Positions 7,107 to 18,784 of a stretch of DNA of 24,000 nucleotides are shown one piece after another. Positions within the stretch are counted from its first letter, which is position 1. Each line of letters begins with the position of its first letter. The DNA is from Betaproteobacteria bacterium (lineage in GTDB: Bacteria > Pseudomonadota > Gammaproteobacteria > Burkholderiales > Nitrosomonadaceae): contig SMXG01000046.1 of the NCBI GenBank assembly GCA_004356775.1, positions 1 to 24,000 of the forward strand, written 5' to 3'. The position numbers and the translations under genes are program-made. The notes under the pieces were generated by a model, which saw only the letters and a list, made by a program, of their open reading frames with translations, was not told the origin of the DNA and searched no databases.

Positions 7107-8945
7107 TTAATGCATCCCCACTACAATATCAGGATTATCCCCAATATCATCTACCAATTGCAGTCTCGTCTGCTCCTCCTGTTGCTGCAGTTCCCACATA
7201 TGGGCATAGAAACCTTTCGCCACAAGAAGCTCCCGATGGCTACCACGCTCGATGATGCTACCTTTGTCTATCACCAGAATTTGATCAGCATCAGCGATGG
7301 TGGAAAGTCGATGAGCAATCGTAAGCGTAGTACGATTCGAAGCGATACGTCTTAACTCTTTCTGTATAGCTTTTTCTGACTTTGAATCTAACGCCGAGGT
7401 AGCTTCGTCAAAAATAAGAATTTCTGGTTTCTTCAAAATCGCACGGGCAATTGCAACACGCTGCTTTTCCCCACCAGAAAGTTTTAGCCCTCGCTCGCCC
7501 ACTATGGTCTCATATTGATCCGGCAGACTCTCGATAAAATTGTGAATGTGTGCCGACCTAGCAGCTTCGAAAACCTCTTCACAACTTGCATTGGGGCGTC
7601 CGTAAGCAATGTTGTAATAAATGCTGTCATTGAATAAAACCGTATCTTGGGGAACAATACCTATGGCCGCTCGCAGGCTCTTCTGGGTTATATCGCGGAT
7701 ATCTTGATTATTTATTAGAATACGACCACTAGTCACATCATAGAAGCGAAACAGCAAACGTGAGAGCGTAGACTTGCCCGACCCGCTGTGTCCAACTACT
7801 GCGACGTTGTGTCCGGCAGGAATGTCAAAACTCATGTCGAATAAAATTTGACGATTGGATTCGTAGCTAAAATTTACGCCTTCAAAGCGAATTGTTGCAT
7901 CTCCCAAAATGAGATCAGCTGCATCTGGCCTGTCTTTGACCTCTTCGCTCTCCGTTAATAATTTGAACATTTTTTCCATGTCCGCCAGTGAGTGCTTGAT
8001 CTCACGATAAACGAACCCAAGGAAATGCAATGGCATGTAAAGCTGCAGCATAAAAGCATTGACTAACACCAGGTCGCCCAATGACATGGATCCTTTGATC
8101 ACACCATTAGCCGCCAATAACATCAGCAAAGTCATTCCTAGTGCAATAATAGCGCTCTGCCCTGCGTTGAGCGCTGCAAGTGAGGTCTGGTTGCGTATCG
8201 CTGCAATCTCCCACTTCTGCATATGCTCATCGTACCGTTGCGCTTCCCATGATTCATTGCCAAAATATTTTACCGTCTCATAATTCAGCAGGCTGTCGAT
8301 AGCACGGGTATTAGCTTTTGAGTCCATATCATTCATGGTGCGACGAAAGATCATGCGCCATTCAGTAATAATCAACGTGAGTACGATATAAGCAACCATC
8401 GTTGTAAATATGATCACAGAGAACCAGATGTCGTACATGGACAAAAGAATTGCCGCCACTAAGCCAATTTCCAACAGTGTTGGTAAAATATTGAACAGCA
8501 TAAAATTGAGTAGGAAAGATATTCCGCGTGAACCACGTTCAATATCACGCGATATGCCACCAGTCTGGCGTTCCAAGTGAAAGCGCAGAGACAACGCATG
8601 CAGGTGACCAAACACCCTGATTGCAATCCGCCGAATCGCTCGTTGCGTTACCTTTGCAAATATAGCATCGCGCATTTCACCGAACAGCGTACTGCAAAGA
8701 CGCAATACGCCGTAGCCCACCACTAGCAATACTGGCAATACCAGCATGCCATACGGCTGGTCAAGTGCGTCGACGATTTCTTTCAACACCAGCGGCACCG
8801 AGACACTGGCAAGTTTGGCTATTACTAATAACGACAATGCCAATGCTACCCTGCCTTTAAATTCCCACAGGTAAGGTAATAAAGCACGAATAGTTTGCCA
8901 GTCGTTGCGACCGGCTGATGGCTTTTCTAAACGGGTGGGACGCAT
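7107..8945 (-). CDS. ABC exporter, fused permease/ATPase, Atm1/HMT1 (ABCB6/7-like) family
   Basis: The protein is 612 aa. An N-terminal six-helix exporter TMD is followed by an NBD with Walker A GHSGSGKST, signature LSGGEKQRVAIARA, Walker B ILIFDEATSALD and H-loop AHRLST. The N-terminal region (DWQTIRALLPYLWEFKGRV) resembles bacterial Atm1/AtmA-type proteins. Confidence 0.9.
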   Translation of the reverse strand: MRPTRLEKPSAGRNDWQTIRALLPYLWEFKGRVALALSLLVIAKLASVSVPLVLKEIVDALDQPYGMLVLPVLLVVGYGVLRLCSTLFGEMRDAIFAKVTQRAIRRIAIRVFGHLHALSLRFHLERQTGGISRDIERGSRGISFLLNFMLFNILPTLLEIGLVAAILLSMYDIWFSVIIFTTMVAYIVLTLIITEWRMIFRRTMNDMDSKANTRAIDSLLNYETVKYFGNESWEAQRYDEHMQKWEIAAIRNQTSLAALNAGQSAIIALGMTLLMLLAANGVIKGSMSLGDLVLVNAFMLQLYMPLHFLGFVYREIKHSLADMEKMFKLLTESEEVKDRPDAADLILGDATIRFEGVNFSYESNRQILFDMSFDIPAGHNVAVVGHSGSGKSTLSRLLFRFYDVTSGRILINNQDIRDITQKSLRAAIGIVPQDTVLFNDSIYYNIAYGRPNASCEEVFEAARSAHIHNFIESLPDQYETIVGERGLKLSGGEKQRVAIARAILKKPEILIFDEATSALDSKSEKAIQKELRRIASNRTTLTIAHRLSTIADADQILVIDKGSIIERGSHRELLVAKGFYAHMWELQQQEEQTRLQLVDDIGDNPDIVVGMH

Positions 8946-9262
8946 TGATTAATTTTCGAAAAGGGTTATAACTGGAACGAAATATTTAATCTGACAATTT
9001 GCAGGATGAAAGATACAAATTCTAGTTGTCGTAGGCATATCAAAATTCGCTCTCTTTCTTTAGAATGCAAATGGAACGTACTCTTGCTCATCTCCCGAGA
9101 CTTAGCGATCCGTTTTTTGGCGACATGTATCAGAAATTCTCAATATCATTGGTGTAGTTTACAACCACGATAAACTTATTGTACCTATGGTTGATACGAA
9201 ATCGCACATCATATCCCGAATTTCTGATAGCAGCATGTTCTTTCTCCTGATCTTATGTATTG

Positions 9263-9658
9263 TTATGTATTGATTTGCACTCCACTCTTATGAATCAAAA
9301 TCTGGTCAAGTCCCTGATGCAAATCATCTAGCACTGAACCCATGATGAGGCCTGCACAATTATGATATAGACATAATTTACATGAGACGGGTTTATACAA
9401 ATTATCCCGTGCGTGAATTTTAAATTCACGCCATGCCAATATCGGTTGATCGTTAGCTAAACTATCAACGCATAACCAAACTTCGTTGTTAAGAATTACT
9501 TCCAGACCGCGATGCCGTGACAGTGTTACACGTAAGGGACTGCCATATCGCAACAAAGCGAGACGTCCCCGGTTATAACATGCCGCTTCAATCTTCTTAG
9601 GGAAAATGCGCAAGGGAAGAGTCAGCATATTCATACCGGTTCCAGCACCATCCTTCAC
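9263..9658 (-). CDS. Hypothetical protein, 131 aa, no domain recognised
   Basis: This is the only long ORF in a 950-bp gap and is on the same strand as cbbLSX and the ABC exporter. It starts at GTG with a weak RBS, and ATG codons lie 8 and 10 codons downstream (MNMLTLPL). It contains C-x2-C-x4-C (residues 93-101, SCKLCLYHNC). Whether it codes is not established. Confidence 0.4.
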   Translation of the reverse strand: MKDGAGTGMNMLTLPLRIFPKKIEAACYNRGRLALLRYGSPLRVTLSRHRGLEVILNNEVWLCVDSLANDQPILAWREFKIHARDNLYKPVSCKLCLYHNCAGLIMGSVLDDLHQGLDQILIHKSGVQINT

Positions 9659-9742
9659 CTTTCTATCTTTTAAGGATCATTCTACTTTTACCGTAGCGAG
9701 TACGGGTCAAACCCGCTATGGTGAAAACCACATGGTACTCTT

Positions 9743-9764
9743 GGCATTAGCGCGGCATTAGCGC
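9743..9764. repeat. Perfect 2-copy tandem repeat, 11-bp unit GGCATTAGCGC
   Basis: The copies at 9743-9753 and 9754-9764 are identical. The repeat lies in the spacer between cbbX and the 131-aa ORF. Confidence 0.9.
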
Positions 9765-9830
9765 GATCAGAGCCCACAAACACACTTCTAAGCAAGTATT
9801 GGGCAGTTCTTTCTTTTTATTGCTCATCTC

Positions 9831-9892
9831 CTACCCAAAAGTTAGAACAATAAATTTTCTTTAGCTTCTACAAAAGTTGGGTAGATTTTTTT
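9831..9892 (+). terminator. Hairpin plus T7 run with intrinsic-terminator geometry on the + strand, abutting the cbbX stop codon
   Basis: The outer stem pairs CTACCCAA (9831-9838) with TTGGGTAG (9877-9884). The inner stem pairs TAGAA (9843-9847) with TTCTA (9866-9870). ATTTTTTTG follows, with the T run at 9886-9892. The T run is on the + strand only, and no + strand gene lies upstream. On the - strand the same hairpin sits immediately after the cbbX stop without a U tract. The stem is AT-rich with a large loop, so function is uncertain. Confidence 0.3.
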
Positions 9893-9894
9893 GT

Positions 9895-10830
9895 TTATTT
9901 ATCAGTACCTGATGGGCCATCTGATTTGCCTTCAAGGAACACACGGCTAGCTAGAATGTCTTCTGCTTCAATTGTCATGAGATCAATTTTATCCAATGAT
10001 TTCTTGGTGCCAACGAATAATCGATTGGCTTGACGAAGCCGCGCACGATCGAGGGCATTACGAATCGAACGAGCATTGGCAAAATGTTCCAACTTCTTGC
10101 GTATCTGGATATATTCTTTGAATGCTGCTTCTCCCGTCGAACTGAAACAGTAATTTTGTGCCTTCAACATAAGTTTGGCAATTTCCAGTAATTCATCGGC
10201 ACTATAGTCGGGAAAGTCAATGTGGTGTGCAATGCGTGAACGCATACCGGGATTGCTATGGAAGAACTTGTCCATCCTGTCTTTGTATCCGGCCAAGATT
10301 ACGACCAGATCATCGCGGTTATTTTCCATCGTTTGTAGTAGGATTTCTATGGATTCTGCGCCGTAATCACGCTCGTTTTCTGGCTTGTAAAGATAATAGG
10401 CTTCATCTATGAATAAAATGCCCCCCATGGCCTTTTTTAATACTTCTTTGGTTTTAGGCGCGGTGTGACCGATATATTGGCCAACCAAGTCGTCACGTGT
10501 AACAGAGACAAGCTGCCCCTCTCGCACATAGCCCAAACGATGCAAGATTTCTGACATACGTAATGCGACTGTAGTTTTCCCAGTACCGGGGTTACCGGTA
10601 AAACACATGTGTAAACTGGGCGCACCAGCAGTCAAACCCATTTTCTTGCGTACACGATCGACAAGCAATAAGGCTGCAGTCTCACGAATGCGAGTTTTTA
10701 CAGGATTCAAACCGATCAACTCAAGATCAAGCTTATCTAGTACTTCCTTGATATTGGAAGCACGAAACTCGGCGTCCAGATCAACTGAAATACTATCGGA
10801 AGAGACAAGGTCTTTCGGATCTTTTTCCAC
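9895..10830 (-). CDS. cbbX: CbbX, AAA+ red-type RuBisCO activase
   Basis: The protein is 311 aa with Walker [10 protein letters not shown] and Walker B ILFIDEAY. The overall sequence ([13 protein letters not shown]...[12 protein letters not shown]...[30 protein letters not shown]) matches CbbX/CfxQ. It lies immediately downstream of cbbLS. The start is GTG. Confidence 0.93.
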   Translation of the reverse strand: MEKDPKDLVSSDSISVDLDAEFRASNIKEVLDKLDLELIGLNPVKTRIRETAALLLVDRVRKKMGLTAGAPSLHMCFTGNPGTGKTTVALRMSEILHRLGYVREGQLVSVTRDDLVGQYIGHTAPKTKEVLKKAMGGILFIDEAYYLYKPENERDYGAESIEILLQTMENNRDDLVVILAGYKDRMDKFFHSNPGMRSRIAHHIDFPDYSADELLEIAKLMLKAQNYCFSSTGEAAFKEYIQIRKKLEHFANARSIRNALDRARLRQANRLFVGTKKSLDKIDLMTIEAEDILASRVFLEGKSDGPSGTDK

Positions 10831-11008
10831 GTTTTATCCACAACAATAAAGATGCAGGGGTATTATTAAGATGCGTCACATACTTTTTCTGTCTTTATAC
10901 TTGAAACAAACAGGCCCATACAAGAAGTTCAGGATACAACATGGGCTCACCGAAGTAAGTAACTCCACCTTGCTTACTTGAGTAATTCTACCTGCTCACC
11001 TACATCTA

Positions 11009-11044
11009 AGATCTTTCCCTTCCCTAAACAGGGAAGGGAGATCT
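11009..11044 (-). terminator. Strong hairpin just downstream of cbbS (candidate partial terminator or mRNA-stabilising element)
   Basis: AGATCT(TT)CCCTTCCC, loop TAAACA, GGGAAGGGAGATCT gives 14 paired positions with a 2-nt bulge. It sits 8 nt after the cbbS stop. No strong U tract follows on the - strand, so it is more likely an attenuating or processing structure than a full terminator. Confidence 0.5.
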
Positions 11045-11051
11045 CGTTAAG

Positions 11052-11486
11052 TTAATACCGTTCGGATTCGGGTTTGTCAGTCGCATAGGAATGGATCGTG
11101 TAACGAATGCTACGACCTTCCTTTTCCTGGCGTAGTACACTAAACCCCGGCTCTTTCTTGGGACGGTTGACGATGAACGACATAGCTGGGCTTTCCACCC
11201 CACGCGTAGAGTTAAACGCGGTTACCCGGATATAGTGATTCGGGTACGTTTTACGGCAGTCATTTATCTCCAACAAAATACCGGCAGGGTCTTTTAGATC
11301 AAACATTGGGTTACCGAACATTTCCCAATAAGTGTTACGCGGATGCGGGTCATCTGTGTACTCGATACCTATCGCCCAACCGTTCTTCAACGCATATTTA
11401 ATTTGCGCAGAGATTTGCTCATCCGTAAGCGGGGGCAGGAAAGAAAACTGACCTTGCGTGATACGATTTCCTAGGTTAGTCATCAT
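11052..11486 (-). CDS. cbbS: RuBisCO small subunit, red-type (form IC/ID)
   Basis: The protein is 144 aa. The sequence RITQGQFSFLPPLTDEQI..QI.Y....GWAIGIEYTDDPHPRNTYWEMFG.PMFD and the C-terminal extension ..SFIVNRPKKEPGF...RQE..GRSIRYTIHSYATDKPE..RY are typical of red-type small subunits. Confidence 0.93.
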   Translation of the reverse strand: MMTNLGNRITQGQFSFLPPLTDEQISAQIKYALKNGWAIGIEYTDDPHPRNTYWEMFGNPMFDLKDPAGILLEINDCRKTYPNHYIRVTAFNSTRGVESPAMSFIVNRPKKEPGFSVLRQEKEGRSIRYTIHSYATDKPESERY

Positions 11487-11511
11487 AATTTTTTCTCCTC
11501 AGTATTTATTG

Positions 11512-13147
<1,636 letters not shown>

Positions 13148-14062
13148 GTGCTGCATGTCACGCTTAGACAACTAAAAGTTTTCCAATCAGTTGCCCGCAA
13201 CCTGAGCTTTTCGCGCGCTGCCGAAGAGCTCTATTTGACTCAGCCAGCGGTTTCAATGCAAATTAAACAGTTGGAAGGAAATATTAGCCTGCCATTGTTC
13301 GAACAAATGGGTAAGCGAATTTTTTTGACAGATGCAGGATGCGAGCTTTTTCATTATAGTCGGGCAATCACCCAGCAATTAGCTGACATGGAACTCGCGC
13401 TAAATGAGTTGAAAGGTTTGGAAAGGGGTAAACTTAGTATCTCTGTAGTGAGCACTGCCAATTACTTCGCCCCGAACTTGTTGGCAAAGTTCTGTCAGCG
13501 TTTTAGCGGCATCACCGTAAGTCTACATGTTTCCAACCGCGAAAATGTTCTAAAACAGCTGGCCGACAACGTAACGGATCTTGCTATCATGGGACAACCG
13601 CCGGATAGTCTGGATATCGCTACCGAATCATTCATGGAAAATCCACTTGTAGTTATTGCCCCTCCCAATCACCCATTGTGTAAGGCACGCAAGATTCCGG
13701 TAAAAAGGTTAGAGCAAGAAACCTTCCTTGTGCGCGAATCGGGCTCCGGTACACGCAGCGCGATGGAGCGCTTTTTCGCAGCGCATAAGATAAGTATCCA
13801 TAAGGGTATGGAAACAGATACCAATGAGGCAATCAAGCAGGCAGTGCAGGCAGGAATGGGGCTTGGCATCATGTCGCTCCACACCGCTGAACTGGAGTTG
13901 GAAACGAAACGACTCAAGACACTGGACGTACAGGATTTCCCTATCGTACGTCACTGGCATGTGGTGCATCGTAAAAACAAGCGTCTTTCATGTGCAACAC
14001 AAGCATTCAGAGAATTTTTGCTGAAAGAAGCACCCGGGTTAATGACGAGGAGGAAAGCGTAA
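13148..14062 (+). CDS. cbbR: LysR-family transcriptional activator CbbR
   Basis: The protein is 304 aa. The N-terminal wHTH is LRQLKVFQSVARNLSFSRAAEELYLTQPAVSMQIKQLE. The gene is divergent from cbbL. It starts at GTG with AGGAA 6 nt upstream. Confidence 0.9.
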   Translation: MLHVTLRQLKVFQSVARNLSFSRAAEELYLTQPAVSMQIKQLEGNISLPLFEQMGKRIFLTDAGCELFHYSRAITQQLADMELALNELKGLERGKLSISVVSTANYFAPNLLAKFCQRFSGITVSLHVSNRENVLKQLADNVTDLAIMGQPPDSLDIATESFMENPLVVIAPPNHPLCKARKIPVKRLEQETFLVRESGSGTRSAMERFFAAHKISIHKGMETDTNEAIKQAVQAGMGLGIMSLHTAELELETKRLKTLDVQDFPIVRHWHVVHRKNKRLSCATQAFREFLLKEAPGLMTRRKA

Positions 14063-14244
14063 TTCTTCAAAAATGTTTATTCGGAATGATTGAAACAGGC
14101 AGATCACAAAAGCGAATAGCCCTTGGCCTTAATGATCTTATATTGTCAGCCTTGGATGCGGTTTGTGTCCAAAGAAAAACAAGGTGCGTACCGAGGCTAT
14201 ACGCCTCAATGATTCCGTATTGTTTTAATGAGGCAAATCAGAAC

Positions 14245-15663
14245 TTATTCAGCCTCCCAACCGCCGCCTAGTGCCTTAAATAAATCAACGGTTGCTACCA
14301 ACCGATTCTGACGACTCTGGATAACTGCTAATGCTGCATCGTTGTGCGCTCTCTGCGAAACCAATACCTCAAGGTATCCTGAAAAACCTGATTTATAGCG
14401 ATTCTCTGCAATTTGCAGGGCTTTCCTGGATGACTCCTCACTAGCCTGCAAAGCAGCCTCCTGCTCTGAACTTTGGCGTACAGTGACCAATGCATCATTC
14501 ACTTCTCTGAATGCCGCGCGTATTGAACTCTCGTATGAGGCTAAGGCTTGCTTTTGTTGTGCACTGGCTTGGTCTAAACGCGCAAGTAGTCTGCCGGCAT
14601 CAAAAATGGGCAGATTCAGGTGTATACCAGCCGTCCATATATCTGCAGCCGATTTAATTAAATTACCCAATGTTATGCTTTCTCTGCCAAAGCGGGACGT
14701 CAGCGTGATGCTTGGGAAGAGCGCTGCTTTGGCAACGCCAATGTTGGCGGTCGCCGCGATTATTTGTTCTTCAGCTTGGCGCACATCAGGCCGAGATTCC
14801 AGTAGGCTGGAAGGTAAGCCCGCTGGCGGCGTGGGGGGTATTGGCAAGGTTTTGATGTCGCCCTCTTCCAGTTTCAGATCAAGTGCACCAGTCAGTACAG
14901 CCAACTGGTGTTCGCTAATGGCACGCTGACGCGTTAGCTCAGTAATTTGTGCAACCTTATTAGAGCGGGCCGTTTCAGCTTGGTAAACATCCAGCCCCGA
15001 GGTAAAGCCTCCCTCCAAGCGTCGCTTGGTAATTCCCAGACTTTCTTCAAGGTTACCCAAGATATTACGGGACACAGAGAGTTGCGCGTCAAGGCTGCGT
15101 AACAGCAAATAATTAGTCGCAACCAGACCAGAAAGGGATAGATAAACAGTATCTCTGGCATAGTGTGTTGCCAGCGCCTGTGCATATGCTGCCTCTTTGG
15201 CGCGACGTACTTTCCCCCAAAAATCTAGCTCGAATGCAGTGCCAAGCGAGATACCATAAATTTGACGAACAGGATCAAGTCCCTCGAAAACAGGAATTAC
15301 GCTTACTTCTGAGATACGGGAACGTGTTGCATTTGATTGCAAGTCGATAGTTGGAAACAGTGCGGCACCCACCTCTTGTAAATAAGCATCTGCCTCTTCT
15401 ACTCGCGCTACAGCCATCTTGATGTCCGTGTTATTTTCTAGTGCTTTAGCTACTAGATCATTCAGCACGGGATCTTGATAAAGTTCCCACCAGGTACTCG
15501 AAATGTGAGCTGCTATTTCATTTTGTGTAGCTGTAGCATTGTTTACGATGGCAAACTCCGTCGGGATACTGCTATCAGGACGCTTGTAATCAGGGCCGAC
15601 CATGCATCCCTGAAATACGGTAGCTGCTATCAATAGATGAAATAATCTTAGCTGTGACCTCAT
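14245..15663 (-). CDS. RND efflux outer-membrane factor lipoprotein (NodT/OprM family)
   Basis: The protein is 472 aa. It has a lipoprotein signal with lipobox VFQGC and the motif PDY.RP just after the Cys. The two-repeat OEP architecture is present. Its start overlaps the RND pump stop by 4 bp (ATGA). Confidence 0.9.
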   Translation of the reverse strand: MRSQLRLFHLLIAATVFQGCMVGPDYKRPDSSIPTEFAIVNNATATQNEIAAHISSTWWELYQDPVLNDLVAKALENNTDIKMAVARVEEADAYLQEVGAALFPTIDLQSNATRSRISEVSVIPVFEGLDPVRQIYGISLGTAFELDFWGKVRRAKEAAYAQALATHYARDTVYLSLSGLVATNYLLLRSLDAQLSVSRNILGNLEESLGITKRRLEGGFTSGLDVYQAETARSNKVAQITELTRQRAISEHQLAVLTGALDLKLEEGDIKTLPIPPTPPAGLPSSLLESRPDVRQAEEQIIAATANIGVAKAALFPSITLTSRFGRESITLGNLIKSAADIWTAGIHLNLPIFDAGRLLARLDQASAQQKQALASYESSIRAAFREVNDALVTVRQSSEQEAALQASEESSRKALQIAENRYKSGFSGYLEVLVSQRAHNDAALAVIQSRQNRLVATVDLFKALGGGWEAE

Positions 15664-18600
15664 TCTGATCCCCCAGCTAGATTATCAGCAGGTTTCTCTG
15701 CGCGTTTTCGGGTAAGCCAAACAAAGAATAGAGGAATAAATATAGTGGCGATGAAGGTAGCAAATATCATGCCGCCAAATACCCCGGTACCCATTGATTG
15801 GCGTGCAGCTGAACCAGCACCAGTGGCGATTACAAGTGGCACAATGCCTAGTACGAAAGCCATCGAGGTCATCACAATCGGGCGGAAACGCAAGCGTGCA
15901 CCCTCGATTGCGGCTTGTACAACGGACATGCCTTCCTTCATTTTCTGGCTAGCAAATTCTACGATCAGAATGGCGTTTTTCGCCGCCAACCCTATCAGGG
16001 TAATCAAGCCTACTTGGAAATAAATATCATTGGGCATATCACGCAATAACACGGCAAATAACGCGCCAGTCAGTGCAAAGGGTACAGCCATAATTACAGC
16101 TAGCGGCAACGCCCAAGTTTCAAACTGTGCAGCTAAAATCAGAAACACCATAATGATGGCAAAACTAAAAGCAAAGATCGCCGCTGAACCAGTGCGCTTC
16201 TCCTGATAGGCTTGTCCTGTCCAGGAAATTTGGTAATTATCCGGCAAGTTTTTTGCAGCAATCTCTTCCACCAGTTTGATAGCTTCACCCGAGCTAACAC
16301 CCGGCGCTCCACTCCCAAGTATTTTTGCAGAAAGCAGGCCGTTGTATCGTTCTATCTGCTCCGCACCAACTAAATCACTAACCTTACTCAGAGCTGATAA
16401 AGGCACCATCGCACCAGATTGCGAGCGCACATACACTCTGCCAAGATCCTCCGGTTTCATACGGTATTGTGGTTCTGCCTGCATTTGTACACGGTAAGTC
16501 CGTCCAGACCGATTGAAATCGTTGACATAGAGTGAGCCCATGGTGCTTTGTAAGGTGGCATATATGTCGGTAATCAGAACACCTTGAGAAATTGCCTTAG
16601 CTTCATCTACCTCAACAAAAAACTGTGGCACTGTAGGACGAAAAAAAGTATTGATGCTAGATAGACGCGACTCCTGATTCAGTGCCTCCATGAAGTTATT
16701 GACTACACCGGATAAATGCAAGGGATTCGAATCGACGCGACTTTGCACATAGACCTCAAAGCCTCCTGAACTGCCCATACCGCGGATTGCGGGTGGATTA
16801 AATGCCACCACCAAACCATCAGGCTGCATCATGCCGATGCGAGTCAGTTTTTGGACAATATCTTCTGCCGTAGCTGTGCGCTCGGACCAGTCCTTGAACG
16901 CAACGAACATGGTTGCTGAATTAGTTTTGTTGCCACCACCAATCAGATCAAAACCATTGACGACAAACTGATGTGAAACTGCCGGGTCTTGTGCAATAGC
17001 AGCGCGTACTGCCTCTGTAGTTTTAGTAGTCCGTGCAAGTGTTGCCCCATCGGGTAGGATCGTTGCAGTTACTACATACCCCTGATCTTCAGACGGCACA
17101 AAACTCTCGGGAACTATTTTAAGCAAATAAATTGCAATCGCGATGATGCTTATAAATACGAATGTACCAATAATTGTGTGGCGTAATGTTAGATCAACCG
17201 TACGGATATAGAAATTCCTCAAGTTACTAAATCCATGATTAAATACCTTGAAGAAGGTAGACTCACCATGAGTTCTTTTCAGTAGGATAGCGCATAGCGC
17301 AGGCGTTAGGGTTAGCGCCACGACACCGGAAATGACCACGGCGACAGCCACGGTTACGGCAAACTGGCGATATAGCTCACCGGCAATACCTCCAAGAAAA
17401 GCCACTGGTGTAAACACTGCACACAACACCAGCGTCATTGCAACGATCGCGCGTGAAACCTGTTCCATGGATTTGATGGCTGCATGCATTGGCGATAGCT
17501 TTTCTTCCGCCATCAAGCGCTCGGTGTTTTCCAGCACTACAATTGCATCATCCACCACAATGCCGATGGACAACACCATAGCAAAAAGCGTTAATGTATT
17601 GATTGAAAATCCAAATAACCACAAACCGGCGAAGGTGCCAATCAAGGAGATGGGAACCACGATAATTGGAATCAGGGTAGCGCGCCAGCTTTGCAGAAAA
17701 ATATATACAACTAATACAACCAGCAGCATCGCCTCACCAAGTGTTTTGATTACCTCCCAAATTGATGCTTTTACGAACTTGCTGGTATCGTAAGGCACTA
17801 CATAATCCATCCCTTCAGGAAACCGTAGTCTCAACTCATCCATTTTGGCCTTAATAGCATTCGCCGTATCAAGAGCGTTGGCACCGGGCCGCAAGAATAT
17901 TGGAATACCTGTCCCAGGTTGGCCATTAAGTGTGGTACGCACGTTGTAACTTTGCGAGCCCAATTCAATACGAGCAACATCCTTTAGATAAAGAACGCCG
18001 CGCGAACCACTGGCACGAATAACTATGTTGCCGAACTGTTCCGGTTCCAGCAATCGGCCTTTGGCTATGACGGTATACGATAGCTGTTGATCAGCGGGTG
18101 CTGGTTCCTGGCCTATCCTGCCAGCGGCATACTGCGCATTTTGTGACCGAATGGCATTGGCAATATCCGATGTCGTTACCCCTAGTTGCGCCATACGATC
18201 GGGACGTAGCCATATACGCATGGAATAATCCTGGCCGCCGAATATTGTTGCATTACCAACGCCTTTAATACGTTTTAACTCATCCAGCACGTTAAGCGTT
18301 GCGTAGTTGCTTAAATATAATGTGTCATGCTTATCCTCCTTGGAGATCAGCATGATAACTATCAGAATGTCGTTGGAGCGCTTTTGTACTACTAAGCCAG
18401 TGCGTCGAACATCCTCAGGTAAACGCGGTAGGGCAATATTTACGCGATTACTTACGTTAAAAGTTGCCTGATCGATATCTGTACCAATCCCAAATGTTGC
18501 GGTAATCGTCAGCGTGCCGCTGGAATCAGCGCTGGAACTAAAATATAGCAGATCTTCAATACCGCTTAACTGCTCTTCAATCGGTGCAGCTACTGTTTTA

Positions 18601-18773
18601 GCCATGGTTTCTGCGCTTGCGCCAGGGTAAGTTGCAGTCACTAGCACCGTAGGAGGCGCAATTTGTGGATATTGCGCGATGGGAAGCTGCATCGCTGACG
18701 CTAGCCCTGCCAAAACGATGATAATGGACAATACCGACGCAAAAATCGGTCGTGTGATGAAGAATCTCGTCAT
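15660..18773 (-). CDS. RND multidrug efflux permease (AcrB/MexB, HAE1 family)
   Basis: The protein is 1037 aa. The N-terminus is M.RFFI.RPIFA.VLSI...LAG, and the conserved block is [13 protein letters not shown]. It has the 12-TM plus two large periplasmic loop layout. Confidence 0.95.
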   Translation of the reverse strand: MTRFFITRPIFASVLSIIIVLAGLASAMQLPIAQYPQIAPPTVLVTATYPGASAETMAKTVAAPIEEQLSGIEDLLYFSSSADSSGTLTITATFGIGTDIDQATFNVSNRVNIALPRLPEDVRRTGLVVQKRSNDILIVIMLISKEDKHDTLYLSNYATLNVLDELKRIKGVGNATIFGGQDYSMRIWLRPDRMAQLGVTTSDIANAIRSQNAQYAAGRIGQEPAPADQQLSYTVIAKGRLLEPEQFGNIVIRASGSRGVLYLKDVARIELGSQSYNVRTTLNGQPGTGIPIFLRPGANALDTANAIKAKMDELRLRFPEGMDYVVPYDTSKFVKASIWEVIKTLGEAMLLVVLVVYIFLQSWRATLIPIIVVPISLIGTFAGLWLFGFSINTLTLFAMVLSIGIVVDDAIVVLENTERLMAEEKLSPMHAAIKSMEQVSRAIVAMTLVLCAVFTPVAFLGGIAGELYRQFAVTVAVAVVISGVVALTLTPALCAILLKRTHGESTFFKVFNHGFSNLRNFYIRTVDLTLRHTIIGTFVFISIIAIAIYLLKIVPESFVPSEDQGYVVTATILPDGATLARTTKTTEAVRAAIAQDPAVSHQFVVNGFDLIGGGNKTNSATMFVAFKDWSERTATAEDIVQKLTRIGMMQPDGLVVAFNPPAIRGMGSSGGFEVYVQSRVDSNPLHLSGVVNNFMEALNQESRLSSINTFFRPTVPQFFVEVDEAKAISQGVLITDIYATLQSTMGSLYVNDFNRSGRTYRVQMQAEPQYRMKPEDLGRVYVRSQSGAMVPLSALSKVSDLVGAEQIERYNGLLSAKILGSGAPGVSSGEAIKLVEEIAAKNLPDNYQISWTGQAYQEKRTGSAAIFAFSFAIIMVFLILAAQFETWALPLAVIMAVPFALTGALFAVLLRDMPNDIYFQVGLITLIGLAAKNAILIVEFASQKMKEGMSVVQAAIEGARLRFRPIVMTSMAFVLGIVPLVIATGAGSAARQSMGTGVFGGMIFATFIATIFIPLFFVWLTRKRAEKPADNLAGGSE

Positions 18774-18784
18774 GATGATTCTAG

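Noticed and set aside
9690-9722. Hairpin with GGGT-CAA-ACCC resembling a tRNA T-arm
   Set aside because: The loop is only 3 nt and lacks the GTTCRANYC T-loop. No acceptor, D or anticodon arms can be built around it. It is not a tRNA.
10227-10849. ORFs on the opposite strand or in other frames overlapping cbbX (10227-10412, 10437-10625 and 10607-10849)
   Set aside because: They lie within or across the well-supported cbbX CDS, and nothing independent suggests that they code.
13669-14271. ORFs 13669-13917 (-), 13709-13969 (-), 13824-14024 (+) and 13990-14271 (+)
   Set aside because: The first three lie inside cbbR, either antisense or out of frame. The last bridges the cbbR 3' end, the convergent spacer and the OMF gene's 3' end with no RBS. 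None has recognisable protein features.
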